DNA from: a virus
Taxonomy: Duplodnaviria > Caudoviricetes
DNA length: 52,832 nucleotides
IMG/VR virus record: IMGVR_UViG_3300048853_000118
Span: 1 to 52,832 of that record
Direction: 5' to 3' (one strand)
A model generated the notes under the pieces. It had not been told where the DNA came from and made no database searches. It saw only the letters and a list, made by a program, of their open reading frames with translations. Both the position numbers and the translations under genes were made by a program. Positions 41,899 to 51,706 of this stretch are shown piece by piece (position 1 is the first letter of the stretch; each line of letters opens with the position of its first letter).

Positions 41899-44800
41899 AT
41901 GACCGATATTGTCAACAACGCAACAATCAAGGTTACGGCAGACGCCACTGGTGTCGAGGCTGGCTTGCGCCCAGCTGTCGACGCCGCGCAACGCGCCGGA
42001 CAGGCGATCACCCAAACCGGCACGCGCGCCGCTGGCGCTGCGCGCGCGGTCGAAGGCGCGCAGCGTAACATCATCGCGTCGATCCAACGCACGACTGCGG
42101 CCATGGAGGCAGGTGGGCGTACCACGGCGGCCTATTATGAGACGATGGCGACTCGGAAAGGAGTCGATCCGGCTTCGCTGACGCCATACCTGAACCAACT
42201 GCGCGCGGTCGAGGCGGCGCAGGGGCAAGCCGCAGAATCGGCGCGCGCCCAAGCGGCCGCTGCGCGCGATCTGGCACAGGCGCAGACCAACAAAGAGTCG
42301 TTCATTGCCGGCCTGCGCGAGCAGATGGCGCTGTTCGGCAAGACGGCTGACGAAGTCCTGCGGTACCGCGCCGCGCAAGCGGGCGCATCGCAAGAATCCG
42401 CAATGCTGATTCTCCAGCTGCAAAACATGCGTGCTGCCCACGAGCAGGTTGCGGCCGCTGCGCGCGCGCAGGTCGCAGCGGACCGCGAGGCGGCGCAGCT
42501 GCAGGCGAATAAGGAATCGTTCCTGTCCGGCCTGCGCGAGCAAGTTGCCCTTTTCGGCAAATCGGCGGACGAGGTCTTGCGTTACCGCGCTGCGCAGGCC
42601 GGCGCAACTCAGGAGGCGGCGCAGCTGATCGCGCAGCTGCAGAGCATGCGTTCGGCTCAAGAGCAGGTCGAGGCGGCCGCACGCGCCGCCGCAACGGCGC
42701 AGCGTGAAGCGGCGCAGCTTCAAGCGAACAAGGAATCGTTCTTGTCCGGCCTGCGAGAGCAGGTGACTCTGTTCGGAAAATCGGCCGACGAAGTTCTGCG
42801 CTACCGCGCGGCGCAAGCTGGCGCGTCGCAGGAGGCTGCACAGCTGATCCTGCAGCTGCAAAACATGCGTGTCGTCCAAGAGCAGGTGGAAGCCGCGGCG
42901 CGCGCCACCGCGGCTGCGCAACGCGAAGCAGTGCAGGCCCAAGCCAACAAGGATTCGTTCCTGGCAGGCCTGCGCGAGCAAGTGAGTTTGTTTGGCAAAT
43001 CCGCCGACGAGGTGCTGCGTTACCGTGCTGCGCAAGCTGGTGCATCCCAAGAGGCTGCCCAGTTGATCCTCCAGCTGCAAAACATGCGGGCGGCACAGGA
43101 GCAAGTAGAAACAGCTGCGCGCGCCGCCGCAACCGCCCAGCGCGACGCCGCGCACGCTGATGCGTCACGCAATGCCTTCCTGCAGGGCCTGCGGGACCAG
43201 ATCGCGCTCTTCGGGCTATCAACCGACGAGGTGCTCCGGTACCGCGCGGCGCAGAATGGTGCGGCAACCGCGGCCGATCCGCTGATTGCGAAGCTTCGGG
43301 ATCTGCGCCTGGCGCAAGAGCAGGCTACCTACGGCGAGCGGATGCTGGCGCAGGCACAACGTGAAGCCGCCCAGACACGCAACGGCCAAGATTCCTTCGT
43401 TAAGGGGCTGGAGCAGCAAGCCGCGGCGATCGGGAAAACGCGAATCGAACTGCTTGAGTTACAGGCGGCACAGTTGGGCGTAACGAATCGAGCCAAGCCC
43501 TTCATCGACCAACTGCGCGCTGCGGATCATGCAATGCAAGGCGGGGGCATGTCTGCGGCTGCGATGAATGCGGCGCTGCGTGGCGTGCCGGCGCAGATGA
43601 CGGACATCATCGTCAGCTTGCAGGGCGGCCAGGCGCCGCTGACCGTTTTCCTCCAGCAAGGCGGTCAGTTGAAGGACATGTTCGGCGGCATCGTGCCGGC
43701 TGCGAAAGCCCTGGGCGGCGCCGTCCTCAACCTCATCAACCCATTTACTGTGACCATCGCGGCGGTGGCCACCGGCGCCCTTGCCTTTAAGGCAGGTCAC
43801 GATGAAACGCTGCGGTACTCGCGAGCCCTGGCGATGACCGGGAATTTCGCTGGCACGACCTCGCTACAAATGGCCGACATGGCGAACAACATCGGGGAGG
43901 TTAGCGGCTCCCAGCGAGTGGCTGCTGCAGCCTTGACCATTTTGGCTGGCACCGGTGCGATTGCTTCCCAAAACCTAGAGTGGTTCGGTACTGTGGCCGT
44001 GGATGCGCAGCATGTACTCGGCAAGAGTGTCGAAGACACAGCGAAGGAATTTGCTGACCTGGGCAAGTCGCCGCTCACTGCCCTGCAAGCCATCGCCGAC
44101 AAATATCACTTTGTCACCGCCGAAACCTACGCACAGGTGAAGGCACTCCAAGAGCAGGGTCGGTCGCTCGAGGCGGCCAATGTCGCGCAGCGTGCCTATG
44201 CGGACGGGGTCAATGGCCAGCGTCAAAAGGTGTTGGACAGCCTATCGGATTGGGAGCGCGGCTGGCTTCGTATCAAAAAGGCAGTGTCTGGGGCGGTTGA
44301 TTCGACCATCGACTTTTTCGGCGGCCGGGAAGAGGGCAATCAGCAGAAGATTACCGCCCTTCTGAAGCAGCGCGAAGAAATGGAAGAACGTATTGCACGC
44401 CTCCGCGCGTCCGGGCAGCGGCGCGACGGCGACAACTACGACGAATCCAAGGACCGCGATCTACAAGCGACTCGAGCACTACTTACCGTCAACGAGCGTG
44501 AGATCAACAGCATTCGCAGTAAGGCTCAGGCATCGAAAGATGCCGGCGCTGCTGAAGCTGCAGCCGTCCGCGCTGATGAGTTGAGGAACAAATGGCTCGA
44601 TGAAGCCAATACCTTACTGACACGCCGTCAGCTCTTGGAGCGTGATCTCAAGGCCGCGCGAAAGGAAGGTGCTGACAACGGCCTGGATGAGGCCGAGATC
44701 CAGGGTCGTCTTGAAGTAATTCGCCGTAAATATAATGATGTCTTCGTCGCCGGCATCGACTCCAGCATGACGGCTCTGCGAAAGCGGGGTGAGCTGGAGG

Positions 44801-47800
44801 ATGTTTTGTCGCAGCGCGCGCTGGCCCAAGTTCAGGCTCAGCGTGATGCAGGAGACATCACGGAGGACGACGCACTACGACGTACGGCCGCACTCCAGTT
44901 GGCGCAGATTGATGCCGCCAAGCGCGGCTTGCAGGAGCAGCTCGGTCTGACCCGCGCCAAGATCAACAGCGAGCGGGAACAGCTTGACCTTCAAGGTCAG
45001 ATTGCAAAGCTGGGCGAGGAGCGCATCAGCCGTGAAAAGCAATTGGAAGACGATCTCGCAGCGGCCCAGCGCAATCGCTCACAAGCCAGCCTGGATCTCT
45101 ACATGCAGGGCGTGGAAGCTGCTAACGCCGAGGTGATCAGTCTCGAGGAACAGGTCAAGGCCCAGCGCTTGACCAACGAAGAGATCGGGCTGAGCAAAGA
45201 GGCTGTCGCAGTGCTGCGCGCTGAGCGCATGATTGCGATCGCGGTTTTGAAAGAGCAAACCGCTGCAGAGATCGAGGCGATGGACGCAGGAAGTGCGACG
45301 GCTGAGGCTTATCGCCGGCAAGCCGTCGAGCTACGCAATCTGGCGCTGGCCAAGCAGCAGGGCGTGGTCAACGAAGGCATCGACGACGCCAACAAGAAGG
45401 CGCAGGAGAGTCTGAAGGAATTCCTCGACCCAACCCGGGCCCAGACCTTCGGCGAGGCGCTGCGCGAATCGTTCGGGGTCGCTAATGATTCGATCACCAA
45501 GATGACCAGCTCGCTGGATTCTTTCGGTCGGCGCCAAGCGAAGATTGCCGCGGAGCGTGCCAATGCAGAAATGCTGCACCGGAACGGTAAGAAAACCGAA
45601 GTCGAATACCTGGAGATTGTCGACCAGCTGAATCGGGAAAGCACCAAGAACCACCTGGCCAGCTACGGCAGCATGACGAGTGCGGCCGCCGGCTTCTTCG
45701 GCGAGCAGAGCCGCGGCTACAAGGCGCTGCAGGCTGCATCGCAGGTATTCCACGCGGCCGAGCTAGCGATGACGCTGGCCGAGCTGGTGCCGAAGGGGAT
45801 CGCGGCCGTGCTCAACCAGGGTAACGGTGATCCGTACTCGGCGCCGGTGCGCATGGCGGCTATGGCGGCCATCGTGACCGGATTGGGCGTGGCCATCGGC
45901 GGCATCGGTGGCGGCGGGCCGAATCTGACGGAAGAGAGGCAGAAGGTTCAGGGCACCGGCTCGGTGCTGGGTTCGGATGCTAAGTCGGAGTCGATCACAC
46001 GCTCGCTCGACGCCATTGAGGGCGCGACGCTGCAGGGCCTGGGCATCAGCAACGGCATGCTGACCTCGCTGCGCAACATCGAGGCCGGCATCGAGCAATT
46101 CGCCTCGCTGCTGGTGCGCACCACCGGCGTGACGGGCGACTTCGGCTCGGACATGAGCAAGAACGTGTTCGACTCGAAGGCGATCGGCATCGGTGGCGCT
46201 GCTGGCGGCGCGGTGCTGGGCGCCATGGGCGGCGCGTACTTGGGCATGGGTACCAGCCAGATCGGACTCATGCTCGGCGGGCCGGTGGGGATGGCGCTGG
46301 GCGCCGCGCTCGGCGCGGTGATCGGCAAGACCTTTATCGGCAAGGCGCTGGGCAGCGTCTTTGGCGGCAAGCAGACGGTGGAAGACACCGGCTTTACTGT
46401 CGGCAAGACGGACTTCGCGAGCATCTTCGGCGGCGGCCTGAACGCCATGCAGTACGCCGACATCAAGAAGGACGGCGGCTGGTTCCGCAGCGACAAGTAC
46501 AGCACGAAGACCGAAGGCTTGGGAGAAGAGGGCAACCGCCAAATCTCCAGCGTCCTGATGTCGCTGTACGACACCGTATTCGAAGCCGGCCAGATGATCG
46601 GTATCGGCGCCGACGGCTTCGCCGCGCAGCTCAACGGCTTCGTGGTGGACATCGGCAAGGTCAGCCTGAAAGGGCTGACCGACGACGAGATCCAGAAGGA
46701 GCTGGAGGCGGTGTTCTCCAAGGTCGGCGACGACCTGGCCAAGTTCGGTGTGGGCGGCCTGGAGCAGTTCCAGAAGGTGGGCGAGGGCTACCTCGAAACC
46801 CTGGCGCGCGTGGCCACCAACTACCAGGCGGTGACCGTCGTCACAGATTCGATGGGGATGACGTTCGGCGCCTTGGGCGTGGCGTCGATCGGCGCGCGCG
46901 AGCGGCTGATCGACCTGGTCGGGGGCCTGGACGAATTCACCTCGGGCGCCGACCAGTTCCTGGCGGACTTCTACACCGACCAGGAGCGCGCCAACTCGCT
47001 GCATGCGCGCATCACTCCAACGCTGGACCAGTTCGGGATCAAGACCGGCGCCGAGGACTCGCTGCAGCAGTTCCGCGGCGTGGTCACCGGCCTGGACCTG
47101 ACCACCGAGGCCGGCGCGCGTGCGTACGCGACGCTGATCCAGATCGCGCCGGCGTTCAAGCAGATCGCCGACGTCGACGCCAAGATCTTCGAAGAGCGGG
47201 CTGACCTGCAGAAGGAGCTCGACCAGCTCACGCTGACCGAGACCCAGCTGCTGGCGCAGCAGCGTGCGGCGCTGGACGAGAGCAACCGCTCCCTGTTCGA
47301 CCAGATTCAGGCCATCAAGGCCCAGAAGACGGCGGCGGAGCAGGCGGCCGAGGCGATCGAGAAGGCAAACCAGCAGGCGAAGGACACCGCAGCGGCGCTG
47401 CTCAGCAGCGTTGACGGCCAGTTCGGCGTGCTGCAGCGCGTGGTCGACCGCCAGAAGAAGGCGCTGCAGGAAGACATCCAGATGCGCACCGAGGCGGTCG
47501 GCAAGCTGAAAAGCATGTCGGACGCACTGCGCAGCACGCTCGACGGAATGCGCACTCCAGAACAGCAGGAGGCGGACCGCGCGGGCGCGCAGGCGGAGAT
47601 TCGCGCGGCGCTGGCCATCGCACGCGCCGGCGGCCCGCTGCCGGACAGCGAGAAGCTGCAGCGCGCGCTGGCGGCGGTCGGCAATGGCCCATCCACGGAT
47701 GGCTACGCCACGCTGCTGGACTACCAGCGCGACCTGTTCGGCACCCAGGGCGACCTGGCCGAGCTGGCCAAGCTGACCGACGGAGCCCTGACGGTCGAAG

Positions 47801-48582
47801 AGAAAAGCCTGAAATCGCTGGAGGACCAGGTCAAGCAGTACGACCTGATGCTCGAGCGGTACCAGGAGCAGATCGACGTCCTGAAGGGCATCAGCGTGAC
47901 GGGCCTGTCGATCGAGCAGGCAATCTTCGGCCTGCAGGGCGCGCTCGAGGCGGCGAAAGCCAACCCGGTCGTATCGGCCACATCGGCGATCAGCGACGCC
48001 TACAAGTCGTCGCTGGGCCGCGCGCCGGACGCCGCCGGCATGGACTTCTGGAAGGACAAGGCCGCCAGCGGGGTGTCGACCGGCGCCATCGTGGGAGCCA
48101 TCAAGGGTTCGCCCGAGGCGCAACTGCAGGCGCTGTACCGCGAGCTGTTCGGCCGCGCGGCCGACGCCGGCGGCCTGCAGTTCTACCTCACCCAGATGGG
48201 AAAAGGAACGTCGCTCGCAGAGGTGCGGGAGGCGCTCCTGTCCAGCGACGAAGCGAAGAAGAAACTTCGAGGCTTCGCGGTGGGCACCAACTACGTGCCG
48301 GTCGACATGCCTGCCCAGATTCACCAGGGCGAGCGGATCATTCCAGCGGCTGACAACCGCGAGCTGATGCGCCGGCTGGCCAGCCCACCGGAGAACAACG
48401 AGGTGCTGGCGGCGGCCGTGGATCGCCTCACCGCGACGGTGGAGCGCCAGGAGCGGACGATCGCCGACCTGCAGGTGGCGCTCGACAAGACGCAGGGCAA
48501 CACCAAGCGCCTTGCCGACGGCATGGAAATCGTTACCGATGGCTGGAATGCGGCCCGCGTTAAACAGGAGGCAACTGCATGA
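41899..48582 (+). CDS. Tape measure protein, 2227 aa
   Basis: PAQMTDIIVSLQGGQAPLTVFLQQGGQLKDMFGG lambda-TMP motif; C-terminal FAVGTNYVP...IHQGERI. Confidence 0.95.
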   Translation: MTDIVNNATIKVTADATGVEAGLRPAVDAAQRAGQAITQTGTRAAGAARAVEGAQRNIIASIQRTTAAMEAGGRTTAAYYETMATRKGVDPASLTPYLNQLRAVEAAQGQAAESARAQAAAARDLAQAQTNKESFIAGLREQMALFGKTADEVLRYRAAQAGASQESAMLILQLQNMRAAHEQVAAAARAQVAADREAAQLQANKESFLSGLREQVALFGKSADEVLRYRAAQAGATQEAAQLIAQLQSMRSAQEQVEAAARAAATAQREAAQLQANKESFLSGLREQVTLFGKSADEVLRYRAAQAGASQEAAQLILQLQNMRVVQEQVEAAARATAAAQREAVQAQANKDSFLAGLREQVSLFGKSADEVLRYRAAQAGASQEAAQLILQLQNMRAAQEQVETAARAAATAQRDAAHADASRNAFLQGLRDQIALFGLSTDEVLRYRAAQNGAATAADPLIAKLRDLRLAQEQATYGERMLAQAQREAAQTRNGQDSFVKGLEQQAAAIGKTRIELLELQAAQLGVTNRAKPFIDQLRAADHAMQGGGMSAAAMNAALRGVPAQMTDIIVSLQGGQAPLTVFLQQGGQLKDMFGGIVPAAKALGGAVLNLINPFTVTIAAVATGALAFKAGHDETLRYSRALAMTGNFAGTTSLQMADMANNIGEVSGSQRVAAAALTILAGTGAIASQNLEWFGTVAVDAQHVLGKSVEDTAKEFADLGKSPLTALQAIADKYHFVTAETYAQVKALQEQGRSLEAANVAQRAYADGVNGQRQKVLDSLSDWERGWLRIKKAVSGAVDSTIDFFGGREEGNQQKITALLKQREEMEERIARLRASGQRRDGDNYDESKDRDLQATRALLTVNEREINSIRSKAQASKDAGAAEAAAVRADELRNKWLDEANTLLTRRQLLERDLKAARKEGADNGLDEAEIQGRLEVIRRKYNDVFVAGIDSSMTALRKRGELEDVLSQRALAQVQAQRDAGDITEDDALRRTAALQLAQIDAAKRGLQEQLGLTRAKINSEREQLDLQGQIAKLGEERISREKQLEDDLAAAQRNRSQASLDLYMQGVEAANAEVISLEEQVKAQRLTNEEIGLSKEAVAVLRAERMIAIAVLKEQTAAEIEAMDAGSATAEAYRRQAVELRNLALAKQQGVVNEGIDDANKKAQESLKEFLDPTRAQTFGEALRESFGVANDSITKMTSSLDSFGRRQAKIAAERANAEMLHRNGKKTEVEYLEIVDQLNRESTKNHLASYGSMTSAAAGFFGEQSRGYKALQAASQVFHAAELAMTLAELVPKGIAAVLNQGNGDPYSAPVRMAAMAAIVTGLGVAIGGIGGGGPNLTEERQKVQGTGSVLGSDAKSESITRSLDAIEGATLQGLGISNGMLTSLRNIEAGIEQFASLLVRTTGVTGDFGSDMSKNVFDSKAIGIGGAAGGAVLGAMGGAYLGMGTSQIGLMLGGPVGMALGAALGAVIGKTFIGKALGSVFGGKQTVEDTGFTVGKTDFASIFGGGLNAMQYADIKKDGGWFRSDKYSTKTEGLGEEGNRQISSVLMSLYDTVFEAGQMIGIGADGFAAQLNGFVVDIGKVSLKGLTDDEIQKELEAVFSKVGDDLAKFGVGGLEQFQKVGEGYLETLARVATNYQAVTVVTDSMGMTFGALGVASIGARERLIDLVGGLDEFTSGADQFLADFYTDQERANSLHARITPTLDQFGIKTGAEDSLQQFRGVVTGLDLTTEAGARAYATLIQIAPAFKQIADVDAKIFEERADLQKELDQLTLTETQLLAQQRAALDESNRSLFDQIQAIKAQKTAAEQAAEAIEKANQQAKDTAAALLSSVDGQFGVLQRVVDRQKKALQEDIQMRTEAVGKLKSMSDALRSTLDGMRTPEQQEADRAGAQAEIRAALAIARAGGPLPDSEKLQRALAAVGNGPSTDGYATLLDYQRDLFGTQGDLAELAKLTDGALTVEEKSLKSLEDQVKQYDLMLERYQEQIDVLKGISVTGLSIEQAIFGLQGALEAAKANPVVSATSAISDAYKSSLGRAPDAAGMDFWKDKAASGVSTGAIVGAIKGSPEAQLQALYRELFGRAADAGGLQFYLTQMGKGTSLAEVREALLSSDEAKKKLRGFAVGTNYVPVDMPAQIHQGERIIPAADNRELMRRLASPPENNEVLAAAVDRLTATVERQERTIADLQVALDKTQGNTKRLADGMEIVTDGWNAARVKQEATA
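42289..43500 (+). repeat. 219-bp (73-aa) tandem repeats in the tape measure gene
   Basis: Units anchored at 42289, 42508, 42727, 42946 (near identical), 43165 and 43384 (degenerate). Confidence 0.92.
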
Positions 48583-49454
48583 ATTCGTCCGACTTCCGCA
48601 TCGTCCGGCTGATCCCGATCACCGGCGCGGCGCTGGTGTCGTCGAACGTTCCGATCACCGAGCCGCTGTGGGTGTCTGGCACCTACGCGCTCGGTGCGAA
48701 GGTGCGGGATGCGGCGAACCTGACGTATGAATCGCTGGCGGCCAGCAACACCACGCCGCTGACGGACAAGACGAAGTGGCTCCCCTTGGGGGCTACCAAC
48801 CGCTGGAAGGCGTTCGACAAGGCGGTGAACAGCCAGACCTCGGCGCCAGGCTCGCTTACTTTCGAGGTGAAGCCCGGCGTCGTCGTCAATACGGTGATGC
48901 TGCTCAACGTCGAGGGCGCATCAGTCACTATCACCCAGTCGGAAAGTGGGTACACCCGAACGAAGCAGCTGATACGGCACGACGTGCTGAGTTGGTACGA
49001 CTTCTATTACGAGGAGCCGATTCGCGCAGGTGACGCCGTTTTCGATGACGTTCCGCCGTACCCAGCTTCTACGCTGACATTCACAGTAGATAACGGCAGC
49101 GCCGACGCCAAGATGGGCGCTTGCCTGATCGGGAAGTCCAGAACCCTGGGCAAGGTCACGGCCACTATGTCGGGCGGGGTGCTGAGCTACTCAACACGGA
49201 TTGAGGACGCTTTCGGCAACGTGACGATGCAGAAGCGCAGTAACGCCAAGCGCCTGAACTTCAACGTGCTCATTCCGGCCGGATTCGAAGATGAAGCCTA
49301 CCGGATCCTGTCGGCCTACACCGATACAGAGATTGGAATTATTGCCGGCGACCGCTATGCCATGGGCATCGGCTACGGCTTCCTGGGTCAATGGGATGTC
49401 CCGAAAAGCGGCAGCGGCCGCACTGCACCAATTGAATTTAAAGGACTCGTATGA
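48579..49454 (+). CDS. Tail tip protein (distal-tail-like position)
   Basis: First gene after TMP; W..GATNRWKAFD, YS...DAFGN. Confidence 0.7.
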   Translation: MNSSDFRIVRLIPITGAALVSSNVPITEPLWVSGTYALGAKVRDAANLTYESLAASNTTPLTDKTKWLPLGATNRWKAFDKAVNSQTSAPGSLTFEVKPGVVVNTVMLLNVEGASVTITQSESGYTRTKQLIRHDVLSWYDFYYEEPIRAGDAVFDDVPPYPASTLTFTVDNGSADAKMGACLIGKSRTLGKVTATMSGGVLSYSTRIEDAFGNVTMQKRSNAKRLNFNVLIPAGFEDEAYRILSAYTDTEIGIIAGDRYAMGIGYGFLGQWDVPKSGSGRTAPIEFKGLV

Positions 49455-50446
49455 TTGTCGACGAACTACCGCCAGCGCCGGACCCAGCAACCGATTCGCC
49501 CTCTGAGTTCAGCGCAAAAGCCGCAGCGAGCGTGCTGGCCCAAAAGGCGATGGTGCCGCAGATTAATGCAGCGCTGGGGGCGATGAGTATGTTCGCTGCT
49601 GGCGGCGCGTACGCGTTTCAATACGCTTTCGATTCGTCTACCGCCAATAGCGACCCCGGCACCGGCAAGCTGCGCTTGAGCAGCGCTACGCAAAATTCTG
49701 CCACTTCGCTGCGGATCGACAACGCTATGTCTGGCGGCGCGGACCTGTCGCAAGTGTGGTCCGACCTGCTTGCGGTTACGGGTTCTGTAAAGGGCGCTCT
49801 CCGAATCGTAAAAGCGAGCGACGTTTCCAAGTGGATGGTGCTCGATATTACTGGCTCGACAGCTGCAACCGGCTACAGCAACTTTTCCGTCAGTGTGCGT
49901 GCGTCCAGTGCTGCGAATCCGTTTTCGAACGGCGACGCGTTGATGGTCTACGTGCAGCGCGCCGGCGATGTGAGCTCCGGTGCGCAAATCAAATTGGCCG
50001 AGGCCACAATTACTTCGACCGTATCGTTGATCAATTTTCTGGAAATCTTTCGGCCAGACTGCAATAAATATGTCATTGAATGCGAAGGGATAACTCCTTC
50101 GGCAAGCGAAACTCTTTTTCTCCGTTTGGCATTCGGCGGTGTGGTTGCTACTGGCTCATTTTATTTCAGTGGTCCAGCCGGGTCCACAATGACAGCCAGT
50201 GGCGGATTCGTCGTTACAGGGAGCATTAATGCGACCACAGGCAAAGGCAGTGCAATAACTATCGAGATACGCGGCGTAAATGCCGCCGCTAATAAGACTA
50301 TTAGCGCCCGAGGAAGCGTTGGGGCGACGAACGGCGGGATTGCGCAAGAGGGATATTTCAGCTCTACGGCCGTTGCATCAGGTTTTCAATTATCTGCAGG
50401 CAATATGACTGCTGGCACTGTTCGTGTATATGGGATCCTCAATTAA
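49451..50446 (+). CDS. Tail fibre / receptor-binding protein candidate
   Basis: LPPAP...PSEF...A N-terminus; DPGTGKLRL; Gly/Ser/Thr-rich, ends GTVRVYGI. Confidence 0.65.
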   Translation: MIVDELPPAPDPATDSPSEFSAKAAASVLAQKAMVPQINAALGAMSMFAAGGAYAFQYAFDSSTANSDPGTGKLRLSSATQNSATSLRIDNAMSGGADLSQVWSDLLAVTGSVKGALRIVKASDVSKWMVLDITGSTAATGYSNFSVSVRASSAANPFSNGDALMVYVQRAGDVSSGAQIKLAEATITSTVSLINFLEIFRPDCNKYVIECEGITPSASETLFLRLAFGGVVATGSFYFSGPAGSTMTASGGFVVTGSINATTGKGSAITIEIRGVNAAANKTISARGSVGATNGGIAQEGYFSSTAVASGFQLSAGNMTAGTVRVYGILN

Positions 50447-50839
50447 ATGACTACGCCTAAAGTTTTGGAGAACGGTGTGGCGCGCGACGCCACCCCAGAA
50501 GAGATCGCCGGGATGGAATCGCTCGTGAGTGTGCAACCGGCAGCAGGGCGGCACATGACCGTGCTCGCGTTCCGCAACCGATTCACCCGATCGGAAAAGG
50601 TGCGCATCGAATTGGCGGCGATCGACGACCCAGCCGCCGGCCAAGCGCAGCGCGAGCGTGCGGCAACGGTGCGGATTGGCCAAGCCGACTTGGCCGCCGC
50701 AACCTACGTCGACGTCGACCGCGCGGATACGCGCGAGGACGTGCTGGCATTCGAAGCCATGGGCCTACTCGACGCCGCCGGCCGCGCGCTGGAAATTCTC
50801 GACGATCCGATCCAGGCGCACGAGCGCTACACCGGCTGA
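50447..50839 (+). CDS. Tail fibre assembly-like protein
   Basis: RDATPEEIA; LAFRNRFT..EK...AATYVD. Confidence 0.6.
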   Translation: MTTPKVLENGVARDATPEEIAGMESLVSVQPAAGRHMTVLAFRNRFTRSEKVRIELAAIDDPAAGQAQRERAATVRIGQADLAAATYVDVDRADTREDVLAFEAMGLLDAAGRALEILDDPIQAHERYTG

Positions 50840-50850
50840 AAGGAAATCCC

Positions 50851-51255
50851 ATGAAAGCAGCGTTCTACAAGGGCACGCGCCCGGGCCTGGCCGGCATCTA
50901 CAGCCGCGTGGTGCGGTGGTGGACGAAGTCCAACTACTCGCACGTGGAGCTGGTGCTCTCGACCGGCCGCGCCTGGTCGTCGTCGTTCGAAGACGGCGGC
51001 GTGCGCTCCAAGCTGATCGACTTCGATCCGGCGCGCTGGGATCTGGTCGACCTGCCGCCGGAGCTCGGGCGCGCGGCCGAGGCCTGGTTCGAGGCGCACC
51101 GCGGCGCCGGCTATGACCTGGTCGGCAATCTGCAGTTCGTGATCTCGCCGATCCCGCACAGCCGGCGCCGCTGGTTCTGCTCCGAAGCCGTCGCCGCGGC
51201 GCTCGGCATTCCGGACCCCTGGCGATACTCGCCTGCACGCTGGCCAGCGCACTGA
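50851..51255 (+). CDS. Permuted papain-like (NlpC/P60, YiiX-type) protein
   Basis: YSHVELV, GAGYD, WFCSE (His before Cys). Confidence 0.75.
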   Translation: MKAAFYKGTRPGLAGIYSRVVRWWTKSNYSHVELVLSTGRAWSSSFEDGGVRSKLIDFDPARWDLVDLPPELGRAAEAWFEAHRGAGYDLVGNLQFVISPIPHSRRRWFCSEAVAAALGIPDPWRYSPARWPAH

Positions 51256-51263
51256 CCCTCCTG

Positions 51264-51293
51264 AAACCCGCCACCTCGGCGGGTTTTTCTTTT
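51264..51293 (+). terminator. Intrinsic terminator
   Basis: AAACCCGCC acctc GGCGGGTTTTTCTTTT. Confidence 0.75.
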
Positions 51294-51325
51294 CCTGCAG
51301 CACCTACCCCATGAAGGTATCCCCA

Positions 51326-51706
51326 ATGAGTGAACCAATTTCCGGCGCCGCCGCCGGCGCTTTCGGCTGGAAGATGCTGGGCGGCTTGGCCGGCATCGGC
51401 GCGATCGGCGCCGGCCTGGCGTCGGTGGTGGTGATGTGCGCCATGACGCCGCGCAGCCCGAAGGAGTGGGCAGTCGGCCTGATCTCCACGATCGTGTTCT
51501 CGATCGGCGGCGGCGCATTCGTGATCCAGCACTACGGCCTCGAGGCATGGGCGCACAAGCCAATCGGTCTGGTGGCGATGCTGGGCCTGGTGTTCGCCTG
51601 CGGGCTGCCGGGCTGGGCCATCGTGCGCTGGCTGTTCAACTACATCGAGGCGAAGCGGAATGCGACGCTCGCCGACGTGGTCCGCGAAGTGCGAGGCCAG
51701 CGATGA
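51326..51706 (+). CDS. Holin candidate (three TM segments)
   Basis: Three hydrophobic helices, charged tail, directly upstream of endolysin. Confidence 0.7.
   Translation: MSEPISGAAAGAFGWKMLGGLAGIGAIGAGLASVVVMCAMTPRSPKEWAVGLISTIVFSIGGGAFVIQHYGLEAWAHKPIGLVAMLGLVFACGLPGWAIVRWLFNYIEAKRNATLADVVREVRGQR

Noticed and set aside
42289-43500. CRISPR array or DGR template/variable repeats
   Set aside because: Repeats are in-frame coding units without spacers; differences are mostly synonymous; no cas or reverse transcriptase gene
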